From the human T2T-CHM13v2.0 reference genome, Homo sapiens, in the NCBI RefSeq assembly GCF_009914755.1, contig NC_060947.1: a stretch of 64,000 nucleotides of DNA, one strand, 5' to 3'. Below the pieces are notes generated by a model that had not been told where the DNA came from, did not search any database, and worked only from the letters and a program-made list of their open reading frames with translations. This document shows positions 45,182 to 57,924 of this stretch, one piece after another (the first letter of the stretch is position 1; each line of letters begins with the position of its first letter). A program made the position numbers and the translations under genes.

Positions 45182-45811
45182 TGTTACTGGTAAAGGGTCC
45201 CGATCCACATACCAAGAGAGAGTAATTGGATCTTGCGCAAGAAAGACTTTGAGGCAAGTCCATAGAGTAAAAGTGAAAGCAAGTTTATTATAGAAGTAAA
45301 GGAATAAAAAATGGCTATTTAATAGGCAGAGCAGCAGCATGGACCACTCAGCTGCTTATACTTGTTACTTTTTGATTATATGCCAAACAAAGGGTGGACT
45401 ATTCATGAGTTTTCTGGGATAGGGGTGGGCAATTCCTGGAAGTGAGGGTTCCACCCCTTTTTAGACCATATATGATAACTTCCTGATGTTGCCATGGAAT
45501 TTCTTAACTGTCGTGGCACTGGTGGAAGTGTGTTTTAGGATGCTAATGCATTATAATTAGTGTATAATGAGCAGTGAGGATGACCAAAGGTCACTTTTGT
45601 CACCATCTTGGTATTCCTGGGTTTTGGATGACTTCTTTACCATGGTCTATTTAATCAGCAAGGTCTTTATGACCTATATCTTATGCCAACCTCTTATCTC
45701 ATCCAGACTTAGAAAGCCTAACCTCCTGGGGATGAAGCCCAGTAGGTCTCAGCCTCATTTTACCCAGCCCCTATTCAAGATGAAGTTGCTCTTGTTCAAA
45801 CACTTCTGTCA
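45182..45811 (-). mobile_element. MER41B-like ERV1 solo LTR inserted into an old L1 3' end (~45060-45860)
   Basis: Minus strand starts TGACAGAAGTGTTTGAACAAGAGCAACTTCATCTTGAATAGGGGCTGGG; 630 bp; perfect TSD TGAA. Confidence 0.92.
45433..45441. promoter_or_regulatory. GAS/STAT motif TTCCTGGAA within MER41B
   Basis: Matches TTCNNNGAA at the known tandem-GAS position; activity not shown. Confidence 0.5.
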
Positions 45812-45944
45812 TGAATGCTTGAAAATTTTCATAATTTAAAGTTTTAAGCAAAAAAAAAAATACTTTAAAATACGTGGTATAAGCAGCTCTAACCTTTCTT
45901 CTCACCTGTTTTCTATTCTGCAATAAGAAACAGAAAAGGCTGAG

Positions 45945-46170
45945 AGACAGCATTGTGTAGGGAAAGATGGATTGTGTTTCATACCAGAGCAGAAGCTGGA
46001 TTTTAAATGGGCCAGCCATTAGCTTTATGGCCTCTTAGGAATCTCTGAGATTATTTTTTCATTTGTTAAATGGGGATGGGTATTTGTACATCATAGGGCT
46101 GCTCTAAGGATTAAATAGAAGATTTGTGAAAGTGGGACTAGTATATAAGTGCTGCGTAAATGCTCCTTTA
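45945..46170 (+). mobile_element. MIR
   Basis: 'ctctgagattatttttcatttgttaaatggggatgg...tagggctgctctaaggattaaat'. Confidence 0.7.
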
Positions 46171-47664
46171 CTTTACCTTGAAGTGAAGTTGTCTGATTTA
46201 GTCAAAAATTTAAAATAATTAAAAATCCATGGAAAAGCAAAACAAAATACTTGGTTTAATTTGAGTTTCAGGTAAATTATTTAATTTTTAGTACAAGTTT
46301 GTCCCCTATAATATTTGGGGCAGAAGGAGGGCAAATTTATCTGGAAATCAAATATAACTGGCTGTTCTGTATTTTATCTGGCAACCTTACTTCAAAGGGT
46401 TACTTTGGTAAGTAAAGTAGTCTAGCAAAGCCTTGCAATAAGAAGCATAATACAGTTCCAAATTAGGATTAATACTTAATTGAAAATTTGGCATTGAAAG
46501 AACAGGAAGATACTAATGAGGGAGATTTCAGCAGAGATAACAAACCCAGAAGTATGCTCAATTCCAAATCTCTAAAGAATAAATACTGCTTGCAGTTATC
46601 TATGAATAAAGGGCAGGATCAAAAGGAAGGAACATTTGGAAACCTGGGCCCCCAAAGAGGCGACAACACAAGAGGTTTCTGATGTGAATGGAAAGGAAAC
46701 TTGTATTTAAATTAAATGCAGTCTCTGTCTCTGTCTGTCTCTCTGATTGTCATTCTCTCTCTTTCTGTCTTATCTCTCTCTCTCTCTCTCAATGTATATA
46801 TATATATACACACACACACATATTTCTGTTCTTTCTAGTGTTTACTTGCACATTGTTTAATATTTTACTTGATTTTCTACAACCATTCTGCTGAAAATAT
46901 GTCAATTAATGTTCTTAATATTCTGTTGGAATTTTAACAGTAATTTATTTTTTAAAAAATCACAGCCTAAGAACTGTAAAATGGTTGTAACTGAAATTCT
47001 TAGTAGGTGTATGCAATGTCCAAAAATGTCTTGTATTCAAGGTCCTGCATAGGAAATAAAGGAATATCAGTCTCAAGTGAAGCTAATAGACTATTTCTTC
47101 ACTCTTTGTGTAGTATAGCAGTTTCTCATGGAATCATACTTAAACAATTCAACTCTACCTATAGCAAATCAAAGCTGTACATACATTAATTTTTAAAAAG
47201 CAAATGAACCTGCAGCTTTCCTAAAACAAGAAATTCACTTGAAGTTCCATACTCATTCATAAGCTGATTTATAAATAAAATACACACAATTATAAGCTGA
47301 TAGACAAATTTCAAATCCCCATTTACTCACTGAGTCTCTGTTCTCAAGCTCTGTTGTTTGAAGTTTTAGTTTTCCTGTATACAGATGTAAATTTGCTATT
47401 GTTCTGCATGTTTTATACAATATTTAGATGTTTCTTCCTAGATGCTTTATGTTTCATATGTATGCTTTGTTCCTCTAAAAGTACACTCTGTGAAGGAACA
47501 TATATTTTCTTCCTTTTATAGCACTTCAGAAGCATTTAGTAGAATATTGTACAAAACATTCACAAGAATGACCACAAACTGGCTTAGAAATATTGAACCA
47601 TGTAATATTTTTTCTCTTAAGTTGTCAGATAATATCTAGCACAAAGAGGAAGACTCTTTAAATC

Positions 47665-47796
47665 CGACCAGGCATAGAGAGAGGAAAAGGAGGTGTGTAA
47701 GGTGCAAATTTAAGAAGACCCTGATTCTGAGAGCAAGCACTTTCTTCACTTTTGTATGCAAGTTGCCTCACTTGCCTCACCCTAGTCTAGGCTTTG
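47665..47796. mobile_element. MER96-like hAT MITE
   Basis: 'ggtgcaaatttaagaagac...gcctcacttgcctcaccctagtc' matches the recalled MER96 termini. Confidence 0.6.
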
Positions 47797-48194
47797 TCTT
47801 TAAAAGTGGTGACATGTCTCCAACAGCACTTGTGTGTTTAAAATGACACTGTTTTGCAGGAAGGAAATAGACGTCCTTTTAACACTTTAAGCAGAATGCA
47901 TCAAATAACTATTCTTGAATAAGCTATAGTATTCTCCAGCAGGTGTAACAGTCATTGCTTAATAACTGCTCACCTTTGCCATCTGCTTTTAGCTTCTTGA
48001 TGTATGACATTTTCCTGATTACCACTTGGTTGTGCGACTCGTGCTTTAAGCCATGTTATCCTTTATGTATTCTTGCTGCTCTTCTGGGACCAAGAGTAAG
48101 CTGGAAGAGAGTCTTTGCATTCTTCAGACATTGTATTTGGATATATTTTGAGCATTTTATCTTTTCTCAGATTTTCTCTTCATAGTCATTATCT

Positions 48195-48254
48195 TTCCCT
48201 CCCTCCCTCCCGCCCTCCCTCTCTCTCTCTCTCTTTCTCTTTCTTTCTTCCTTC

Positions 48255-48315
<61 letters not shown>

Positions 48316-48679
48316 TTCCTTCCTTCCTTCCTTCCTTCCTTCCTTCCTTCCTTCCTTCCTTTCTTTCTTCCTTTCTTTCTTTCTTTTTTGACGAAGTCTT
48401 GCCCTGTCACCAGGGCTGTAGTGCAGTGGTGCAATCTCAGCTCATTGCAACTTCTTCTTCCCGGGTTCAAGCAATTCTCCTGCCTCAGCCTCCTGAGTAG
48501 CTGGGATTGTAGGTGTGCACCACTACACTCGACTAATTTTTTTTTTTTTTGGTATTTTTACTAGAGACGGGGTCTCACCATGTTGGCCAGGCTGGTCTCA
48601 AACTCCTGGCATCAAGTGATCCCCCCGCCTTGGACTCCCAAATTGCTGGGATTACAGGCTTAAGCCACTGCTCCCAGCC
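48195..48679 (-). mobile_element. AluS with ~200-bp (TTTC)n/(TTCC)n microsatellite tail
   Basis: Antisense Alu body at ~48390-48679; TSD AGTCATTATCTT / ACTCATTATGTT. Confidence 0.95.
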
Positions 48680-49169
48680 ACTCATTATGTTACATATCCA
48701 AAACTAAAACATTTAATAATATTTATTCACAAATGCTAAAGTGAAGATAATAATGCAATAATAATTAGCATGTTATTAAACCCTCAATATTAATTCACAA
48801 AATATTAATGCACAAAATTCATTTTTCTAAGCACAGATGGAAAGAAGGTTATAACATGCTTCTTTCTTAATGCTCTCTTTATGCAATAGAGAATTGCTCA
48901 GGAAAATAATAAAACTAATTGTTGCAAAGTGTGACTGAAACTGTGATCTTACTATTATCACGATAAAAAATGCAAGCTGTCATGATGGCATTATGTCATA
49001 TTTTTATATAACAAAATAATATTGGAGTTATATTATTTATATGTGATGATTTTAAAAATAGTGCAAGGCAGCCAAAGAAGAGTGTACACTTCTTTTGTAG
49101 GAATAGTGTAGAGGTAAAGCAACATATTCATCATATTATATCATATGTGAGGGCATATACTATCAATAT

Positions 49170-51129
49170 GACTGTTTCCTATTGATTTTTACCTTGATCT
49201 CTGGGCTGAAGTGAAGATTTCTCCACTGTAAAGTACACTTTCCCCTCCTTTCTACACTTTAGTCTTCAGAAGGAAGTTACTATGCTCAACTCACACACAA
49301 AAAATGAGAAGTTTTGCTACCCACCTCAGGGTAGAATAGCTGTGTAAATTATGTGGAATTTGTGTGCAAGGAAGATTTGTCTTTAGTCCTATCTTATTTG
49401 TTTATATAACCTTTTATTTATATCATTATAAACTCATTGATATTTAATTTACACTTTGGATTATAATTCAATACTATTTTTATTAATTTGTACAAATTGT
49501 TCCAACTTTGGCATTGGCAACTGTTTTTCTTGAGTATTGTGTCCCTTTGGCATGACTATATTATAATGTGCTTTCCTTTTTTTGTTTTTTTCTTCTTTCT
49601 GGCACTTTTTTTTTTCTGGCAGGTGCTACAGTCTCATCTTGTGTTTTCCTGTCTGTCTTGACTCAGCAAGAGAATAACTCCAAGGAACCCTGGTTGCTTC
49701 ACTGGAGAATGATACTAGAAAGCAAGAGCTGGACACTACGTTTGCTCATTGCTGTGGGGTGTTGTTTCTTCTTCCCCAGCTTGGCTGACAAAGGAAGGAT
49801 AGATGTGTGCATAATAACCCTTGCAGATATCTAAATATTTCTATATGTAACAATCAGTATTTCTATTAAGCTAAAAATAAGTTCATAGTGTTGCCCATCT
49901 AACTCATTATTCTAGTCTCCTCCCCTTGCTTAACTGTAAACTCCCCCTCCAACAGTGACAAACCTGACTCTCATCATATGTCATCTATTTACTGAATTGT
50001 CCAATTCTGATATACATGTGTGAAAATATTACAATTGTTAACCCATATGACCATGGTAAAGAACTTTATCAACTAAAGCATAATGCTTCTGTGCAGTTCC
50101 TTTTGTCTTTAGTCTTACAAACTCCATTCACTGCCAAAGTTACTTAGGTCTGCTACTTATTCCCCCACCTTCTTCAGTGAGATTGTTTCATACATTTTTT
50201 AATATAGTTAGATGGTCTTGTTACATTCTGCAGTCCATCCTGTGATTCCCCTGACCTCATAAATGATGTCTTCAAATTTGCATTATTTGAGACGAATTTC
50301 TTGTGCTATAACATTCACTGGATTTTGAAAAAAAAGAATAGTGTCATGTATCCACAATTACAGTATCATGTCTATTAGATTTTGGGTGCTAAACAATTCC
50401 CTGTGCTTTATTCCACTCTCTTCATCGCCTTGCAATCCTCTGGTAACTACTTATTTGTTTACTGTCTCTATAGTTTTGCCTTTTTTACAATATCATATAT
50501 TTATAGCCTTCTCAGACTAGTTTCTTTAATTTACAAATATGCATTTAGGGTTCATCCATGTCTTTTTATGGCATAATAGCTAATTTCTCTTTTTTTGCTG
50601 TATAATATTTCAATGTATGTATATACCATAGTTTGTCCATTCACCTATTGCATGACATTTTGGCTGCTTCTAGTTTGGATGGTTATGAATAAAGCTGCTA
50701 TAAACATGCACTTGCAAATTTTTATGTGGACATCAATTTTCAAGTCATTTGTGTAAATAACTAGGAACGTAATTGCTGGATCATATGCTAGGACTATGTT
50801 CAGCTTTATAAGAAACTTCAAACTGTCTTCCAGAGTGACTATACCATTTTGTATTCCCACCAGTCATGAATGAAAATTTCTGTTGTTTCACATCCTTGCC
50901 AGCTTTTGGAGTTTTTGTTGTTGTTTAGGTGTTTAGCCATTTTAATAGAAGTGTAGTGGTATTATATTGTTGTTAGATTTTGAAGTTATCTAATGAGAAG
51001 TTATACTCAGCATCTTCTATATTTATTTGCCATCTGTATATCTTCTCTGGTGAGGGGTCTGTTGAGATCTCGTGTCTATTTACTAACTGGACTGTTTATT
51101 TTCTTATGTTTGAGTTGTAAGGATTTTTG
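49170..51129 (-). mobile_element. Old L1 (L1MC/MD-like) 3' region; continues at 53038-54480
   Basis: Antisense L1 3' UTR and ORF2 C-terminus (ORF 50645..50860 'YDPAITFLVIY...MFIAALF'). Confidence 0.8.
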
Positions 51130-52808
51130 TGTGGAGTTAAAAATATGCCATTCTGGAACATTGACTATTATTTAAGTTAAAGGCACTTGAAAAACAGCAG
51201 GTGTAAAAAAGATTACTTTCTCCTTTGTGTTGTTTCCTAAAAACAGAAGATGAAATTCTTATGTGAAAGACATCCCCTCCATACCAAAAGTAATAGTATC
51301 ATTATCTTTGAGGACAAGGAATTTAGACCAAAATAATTTTACGCAGGCCTCTTTAAAATAACTCTTATCTTTTAACCATACTTACATAATTTAGTTTCTT
51401 CTTCACAACTTTCTATTCTTTTTCCAAATCAGGATATAAGTAACTAACTCTAACTGCTTCTTTAGGTCAATTTGGAAGATCTACAGATGTCCTTATGAGG
51501 GCTCCTCTGCCACCTACAGTTTGTGTTAAATAAACTTGTATGTTTTTTCTTCTGTTACTCTATGTTACGTCAACTTAATTCTCAGACTCAACCTGGAACC
51601 TAAGAGGATGGCAGTGGAGTTTTACTGCCCCTACAGTTTCTGCCAATGAAGATGGGATTCTTAAAGGCTGTGATGCCCTACTCCCTCTGAACCCTGCAAA
51701 TGGGATCCTACAAGACCCGACGAAAGCCAGCAGAAAGTAGAAATTCTTGTGGAAGTCCACTCTCCTGCAGGTCTGTATGCAGTGTCTCATTGAGAAAAGA
51801 AGGTAAATAATTTTTCTTGACATTTGCTTCCAAATTTAGATTGGCAGGAGTAAAACATTTATCAGATTTAGTTATTTGAATTATGACTCTTATGAATTTG
51901 GTTACTGATCCACAGTGTCCCATAAATATTCCTGTCTTCCTTATCTCTATTTTTCATGTGGTTTGGCATAAGGAAGAAAATTATAATAAGATTCCTCTTT
52001 CATTTTATTTTATGTCTTAGGAGCTGTGTTTTGTGACCAGTGAGGAGATTGTTTCTGGTGTCCATCGGCAAGGGACTTCAAGTTGTAAGATTTGCATCAG
52101 CTGACTAGCCGGCTGGATAGAAATCCAAAACACAAAATGTCTCTTGTTCTGATTGTTCCAACTTTCAAGGAAGTTTATCTTAATTGCCCCAATCTTCATT
52201 GCCTTGTTAGCAATTAGGATTTTTACTTTCTTAGGCTAACTTTGGAAGAATCTATAGATCTTCAGGGAGACTGTGTCTTTAGGACCCTCTTTAGGCACGC
52301 TTCGTGCATCCATGGTTAAGCCACAAAAGACTTATTAGTTTTAAGCCATAAAAATGACGTATTGGTTTTGAGTCACAACTGAAGTAGGTAAACCTCTGAA
52401 AATTTGGACTTCTGTATCTAAAAGTATTTTTTAAAGAGCTTTCATCCTAAGCAACTGTCTTATTGGTCGTATGAGAATATTTAACCTTAAAAAAAGAAAA
52501 TAAGCACTTATAAAAATTAAGTGTTATTTCAGAAAAATCAAAACTAATTTAAATGTTACTCAAGTTATTCAAATGATCTAGGAAAATCATTGGTAAATAA
52601 AAAGCAAGTTTAAGTTTGTTGGTTTAGTTAAAGTAGGCATATCTTCAGAGTTGTAATTATTATCTATACTGTGGACATACAACTTGTTCTACCTGGGTTT
52701 ACTAATCAAAAACCTTATGTATGTTTAAGTTTATAAAATTATAAGTTCAACCTAAGAACAAAATGTACAATAAAAATAAATTACTTGGTGTGTTAAACAT
52801 GATGATGG
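51130..52808 (+). mobile_element. MER34/MER4-group ERV1: LTR 51130-51635 plus 5' internal region
   Basis: TG...CCCTACA LTR with TATA-like 'ggatataag' and AATAAA, followed by PBS-like and leader-like sequence. Confidence 0.75.
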
Positions 52809-53037
52809 AAAGTTAAGAGTTATTTTAACAGGGTCTATATAGAATTCTTTTGGTCTCAACTTCTTGAAGATAATGATGTTATTTCTTTTGGTATAGGAAG
52901 GGTGTTTTTCACAAGATAATTTCATCTGTTTTTAGGAACAGCATTAAGGTAAGAGTGATCTTTTTGCATCTACTGTTTTTCAAGTGCCTTTAACTTAAAT
53001 AGTCAATAGGCCCAATGGTATAGTTTTAACTCCTTCA
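52809..53037 (-). mobile_element. Inverted 5' portion (~230 bp) of the same LTR family
   Basis: Reverse complement aligns to 51130-51372, including an exact 28-mer ATTTAAGTTAAAGGCACTTGAAAAACAG. Confidence 0.9.
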
Positions 53038-54480
53038 ATTGTGTGTTTTTGATGCAAGCTCTTTACCAGACATGTTTTCCAAATGTGGTAATGCTGGCCT
53101 CATAGAATGAGTTAGAAAATATCTCCTCTGCTTCTATTTACTTGAAGAAGTCGTGGAGAATTTATGTATCTCTTTCGTGATATTTGGTAGAATTTCTCAG
53201 TGAAACCATCTGAACTAAGACTTTCCTCTTTGAAATTTATAAATAATTGATTGAACTTTTAAAAATAGATATGTACCTGTTTAGATTATTTGTTTTTTCC
53301 TTGTGCGTGTTGCCAGTTTATTTATTTCAAGGAATCGGTTAATTTCATCATATCATAAAATTTGTGGGCACAGAGTTGTTCATAGAACTTTTTGTTATAA
53401 TTTTAAGGTCCTTTCATCAGTAGTAATGACTCTGCTTTTTGATACTAGTATTTGTAACTTCTCTTTTTCTCTCTCTTTCTCTCTCTCACTCTCTTTCTCT
53501 CTCTCATTTCTCCTGGTTAGGCAGGCTACTGGCTTATCAACTGTATTGATATTTCCAAAAGACTAGCATTTGGTTTTCTTGATTTCTTACATCATTTTCC
53601 TGCTTTCAATTTCATTGATTTCTACTCTAATTTTTATTAAATTTTTTCTTCTGGTTACTTTAGTCCTAAGTTGCTCTTATTTCTCTTGTTTCCTAAGGTG
53701 GAAGCTAAGGTTATTGATCTCAGATCTTTCTTATTTTCTAATACATGTATTCAATGCTATAAATTTATCTCTAAACATTGTTATTACTATATTCCACGTT
53801 TTGATAAATTTTATTTTGATTTAATTCAGATAGTTTTAATTTCTTTTGAGAAATATTTGACCCATGTGTTATTTAATTAATTACTTTTCTTGAAATAATT
53901 AATGTGTTACATAATTTCCAAGTATTTGGCAATATTCCTTTTGTCTTTCTGTAATTGATTAATAGTTTAATTCAATTGTGTTTTGAGAACTTTGTATGAT
54001 TTCTATTTTTTTAAATTTCATAATGTGAACATTATGGCCAAATATGTGATCTGTCATGGTGAATGTTCAGTGTGAGCTGGAAAAGAATATGTATTTTGCC
54101 ATTGTTGGATGGAGTATTCTATAAATATCGCTAAGATCAAGTTCACTGATAGTGGTGTTCTAGTCAAACGTGTTTACTTATGTTCTGCCTGCTTGATTTA
54201 TCAGTAACTGAATTAATGTTGTTGAAGTCCCTAAGTATAATAATGGATTTGTCTATTTTTTTTTTCTTACAGTTCTACTAGATTTTTCTTCACATATTTT
54301 CATGCTCTCTTGTTAGGTGCAGACATGTTAAAGATTGTTATGTTTCAGCAAATTGACATTTTATTATTATGTATTTTTTTCTTTATCTCTGGTAATTTTC
54401 TTCTTTCTAATGTCTTCTTTGTCCAAAATGAATATAAGTAGACCTACTTTCTTTGTATTATTGTTAGTGTTACACGTGGT
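53038..54480 (-). mobile_element. Old L1M ORF2 region
   Basis: 'taatgctggcctcatagaatgagttag' and 'tgttgaagtccctaagtataataatggatttgtctattt' are antisense ORF2. Confidence 0.8.
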
Positions 54481-57378
54481 ATCGGTCATACTTCCTCCTC
54501 ATCCGGCAGCAGTTTCAGGACTTCTAAAACAAATGCATACACATATGTACATACACAAGCTTGGTACAACAGTCTTTCATACACATTTGTAAATAATAAC
54601 CCAAACTAAAAGCAATTTAAAAGTCTAACAGCAAGAGACTGGATAAACAAACAGTGCTACTTTCATAAAATGGAGTACTATTCAGCAATAAAAAGGAATG
54701 AATAACTGAAATAGCACCAACTACATTGGTTCTGCTTCCTGTAAATAATCATCCATATTCATGAATTGGCAGCTTCATGAGGGTAGGGAGTTTGTCAGAC
54801 TTCTCCACCATCCAGTCTCAGGAAAAATGACAGGTTCATACCCTGTCTTCAATAAACATTTGATGAATAAACAAATGTGGAAAAACACCCATGTTAGTAT
54901 GCCTCCAATCAAGAAATCATCTTGAGCATAGCACTTTAATTCTCATAACTGTGGAAACATTTATGAATTACTAAGAAATACGCTCCCTTTGACAATATTA
55001 CTATTTCTATGCCAACTGTGAGAATGCCCTACATTCTATTATTCATATTCATATAAACAACAGAATAAACATTTTTTGAATTTGCCCTGTAACCACTATT
55101 AGTTTTTTGTCTTCCTCAAAATTTTTAGACAAATTAAGTATCTGCCATTTTTTCTCTTCTGAGCAGGCTCTGTTTTTCTCTGCACTTTTTCTTACCATAT
55201 TCACTTCCTGTCTTCTAGGTCCTACCTGATTCACACATACCAAAGAGAAAACAGTAGGTACATATTTAGAACAGGATTGGTACAAAGCAGGAGCTTTTAC
55301 ACTGACTACCACTTTCAACATCAGCAGCTCATTTCCTTCTCTCTCACTTGTTCTTAAAGTAATGTGTGATATTTAAAAGGTCAGTAGCCCGGTTTTTAAA
55401 ATAACTTCCAATAGTTTGTTTGTGTGTGGTGTTGGTGGTGAGGGTGGGAGGGGGCCAGCAATTTCCAAGACTTAGGTTAAAAATAAATTTTCATCAGAAA
55501 TGACAATAACAGTTTATTCCTTGATTTGGAAGCATGTAAGTTATTTATCCGCACACCTTGCAACTCTCAAGACTTCCGTTATATTACTAGTCACGGTATA
55601 ACATACATTATTTTACATTCTCCAAAGGAAAAAATCTTAGGATGCTTATTGTTTAGTTCTATAATAATCTTGGAAAGATCTCTTTTAATATGTTTAGCTT
55701 TCTACACACCAGGTGTTTGTATATTTTTTTCATATCACTGCTTCCGGGTTCTAAAGTTTAGATATAACATGTATATAAAGTGTTTTTGGACATCTACCAA
55801 AAATTCAAACAATGAGATAGTACTCAAGATAATATTTTGATATTTGAAAGATATATGGACTATGTTTATGCCTGTATTCATGCAAATATTAAGCTTACAG
55901 GAGTGAAATATGATGGCACATTTGCTTAATAAGTTATCTGTGTCCCTTTAAGTTTCAAAGACTCTATAGCATCAATTTTCTTTTTATTGTAATTTCTTGA
56001 GTATTGTAGCGGTGTATTCCAATATGTTGTCAAGTAATGGCCTTGAAATACATTTTTAGTTAAACTACATTACACTATCATGAATCTTGAAGTTAATTTG
56101 TACTGAAATATTGTTAAAACAAAAAGGGAAATAGCATCTCCTGTGAATTCACCTAAGCCATTGGAAGAAAAATGAGTAAGCAGATCTATTGCTTCTTAGT
56201 TTGGGTTTAGAAGGTAGTAGAATCTAAAATGTAGCCTTTGATCAAATAATACACTGTGTGAGATAATGAATATTGAGCACTTTATATTGGCTCTTCCAAA
56301 CCCCTTTCCTGTGAGTGATCCAAAGCACAAGGCTCAACAAACATAATTAGATTTTGCTGTGTAAAGTTATTATTTGTTTAAATGTTGTAATCCTCTTACT
56401 AAATATAAGTTGAAATTTAATTTGGTGGCAAGCAGTAAATATTGAAAACCAGTCTGAGCTTTCATCAAATCCAGCTGGTATGGACCCTCCTTTGATAAAT
56501 TTTATATTTGCATAACTAAAAATTTATTTTCCTATTGTTTCCTTAAGTCCAGTGAAATCAAGGTGGAAATTTCCCATAAATACAAGGGTTATGGGACAGA
56601 AAATAAAAATTGTTGTTGTTATAATCTTATGGAAACTTCACGGTTGTGCAATGCCATGCACAGTAAACACAGCGAAGCAGTATATTTCTAACTGGATAGC
56701 CAGAGAGCCTTAAGAAAGTCCTCTTTCAGGACCTTTCTTAACAAAGCTGAAGGAATCCAGATATAGTAATAAGGGTGATTTTTTTCCCCATTACAAAAAT
56801 AAAGTGTGATAAATTTTGCAAAAACAGGAATTACAGCTTTCATTTACTCTAATATTAAGGATCGTTGTGAGGAAAATTTAAAGCAAATTGCAAATAAGTA
56901 TCATCATTAAATAGAGAAAAGACATTCATTCCTTTTCTGGAGCAATTGGCAAAGCATCCAATAGCTCAGGAAAGAGCTCAGCTCCAGCAATCCAACAACT
57001 GGGCATAAGTAAGGCTATCTGAAGCTCTCTAGACAGTGCTTGAATCTTAGCAGATGACCATCAGTGCAAAATAATCTGGCTAGATAAAAATATATAAAAG
57101 AGAGAAAAAATCCAAACAACAATAAAAATACCCATAGGGTATGAAAATGAGGTGGCCACACAAAGTTAAAAACAGAGGCAAAGGCTAACTTCAAAGCCAT
57201 GCTTTCTTGAAAATTCTCTATACAATGCTAGTCAAAGGCTACAGGTGAAAACAAAAGCCCATGACTATTATCTGAATTAATTATATTGGAAAATCTATCT
57301 CTCCTTAAATTGTAAGAACCTGAGTCAAATTTTGAGCTTGTTTTAGCCACAAATTATCTGGTTATTACTTTAGGTCAC

Positions 57379-57754
57379 TGTATTAATCTGTTCTCACACT
57401 GCTAATAAAGACATACCCAAGACTGGGTAATTTATAAAGGAAAGAGGTTTAATTGACTCACATTTCTGCATGGTTGGGGAGGCCTCAGGAAACTTGCAGT
57501 CATGGCAGAAGGGGAAGCAAACACATCCTTATTCACATGGCAGCAAGAAAGAGAAGTGCAGAGCAAAGAAGGGAAAAGCCCCTTATAAAACCATCAGATC
57601 TTGTGAGAACTCACTATCATAAGAACAGCATGGGGGAACTGCCTTCATGATCCAATCACCTCCCACCAGGTCCTTCCTGCAATATGTGGGGATTACAATT
57701 TGGATTACAATTCAGAATGAGATTTGGGTGGGGACACAGAGTCAGACCATATCA
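57379..57754 (-). mobile_element. THE1C/D solo LTR
   Basis: TGTATT...CCATATCA; perfect 5-bp TSD GTCAC. Confidence 0.95.
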
Positions 57755-57924
57755 GTCACTAATATAACATATTTTTATTTTAAAATTATGCTATTTTTCT
57801 AAAATAATATATGCTCACCGTAAAAATAAATCAATCCATATAGAAAGATACAAGAACAAAAATAAAAATTCCCTGAAATTCTATATTGAATACTGTTTTT
57901 ATTTTAATTTAAAAGTTTGTGTGT

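Noticed and set aside
48115-48564. Low-complexity 149-aa and 93-aa ORFs
   Set aside because: They are translations of the (TTTC)n/(TTCC)n Alu tail.
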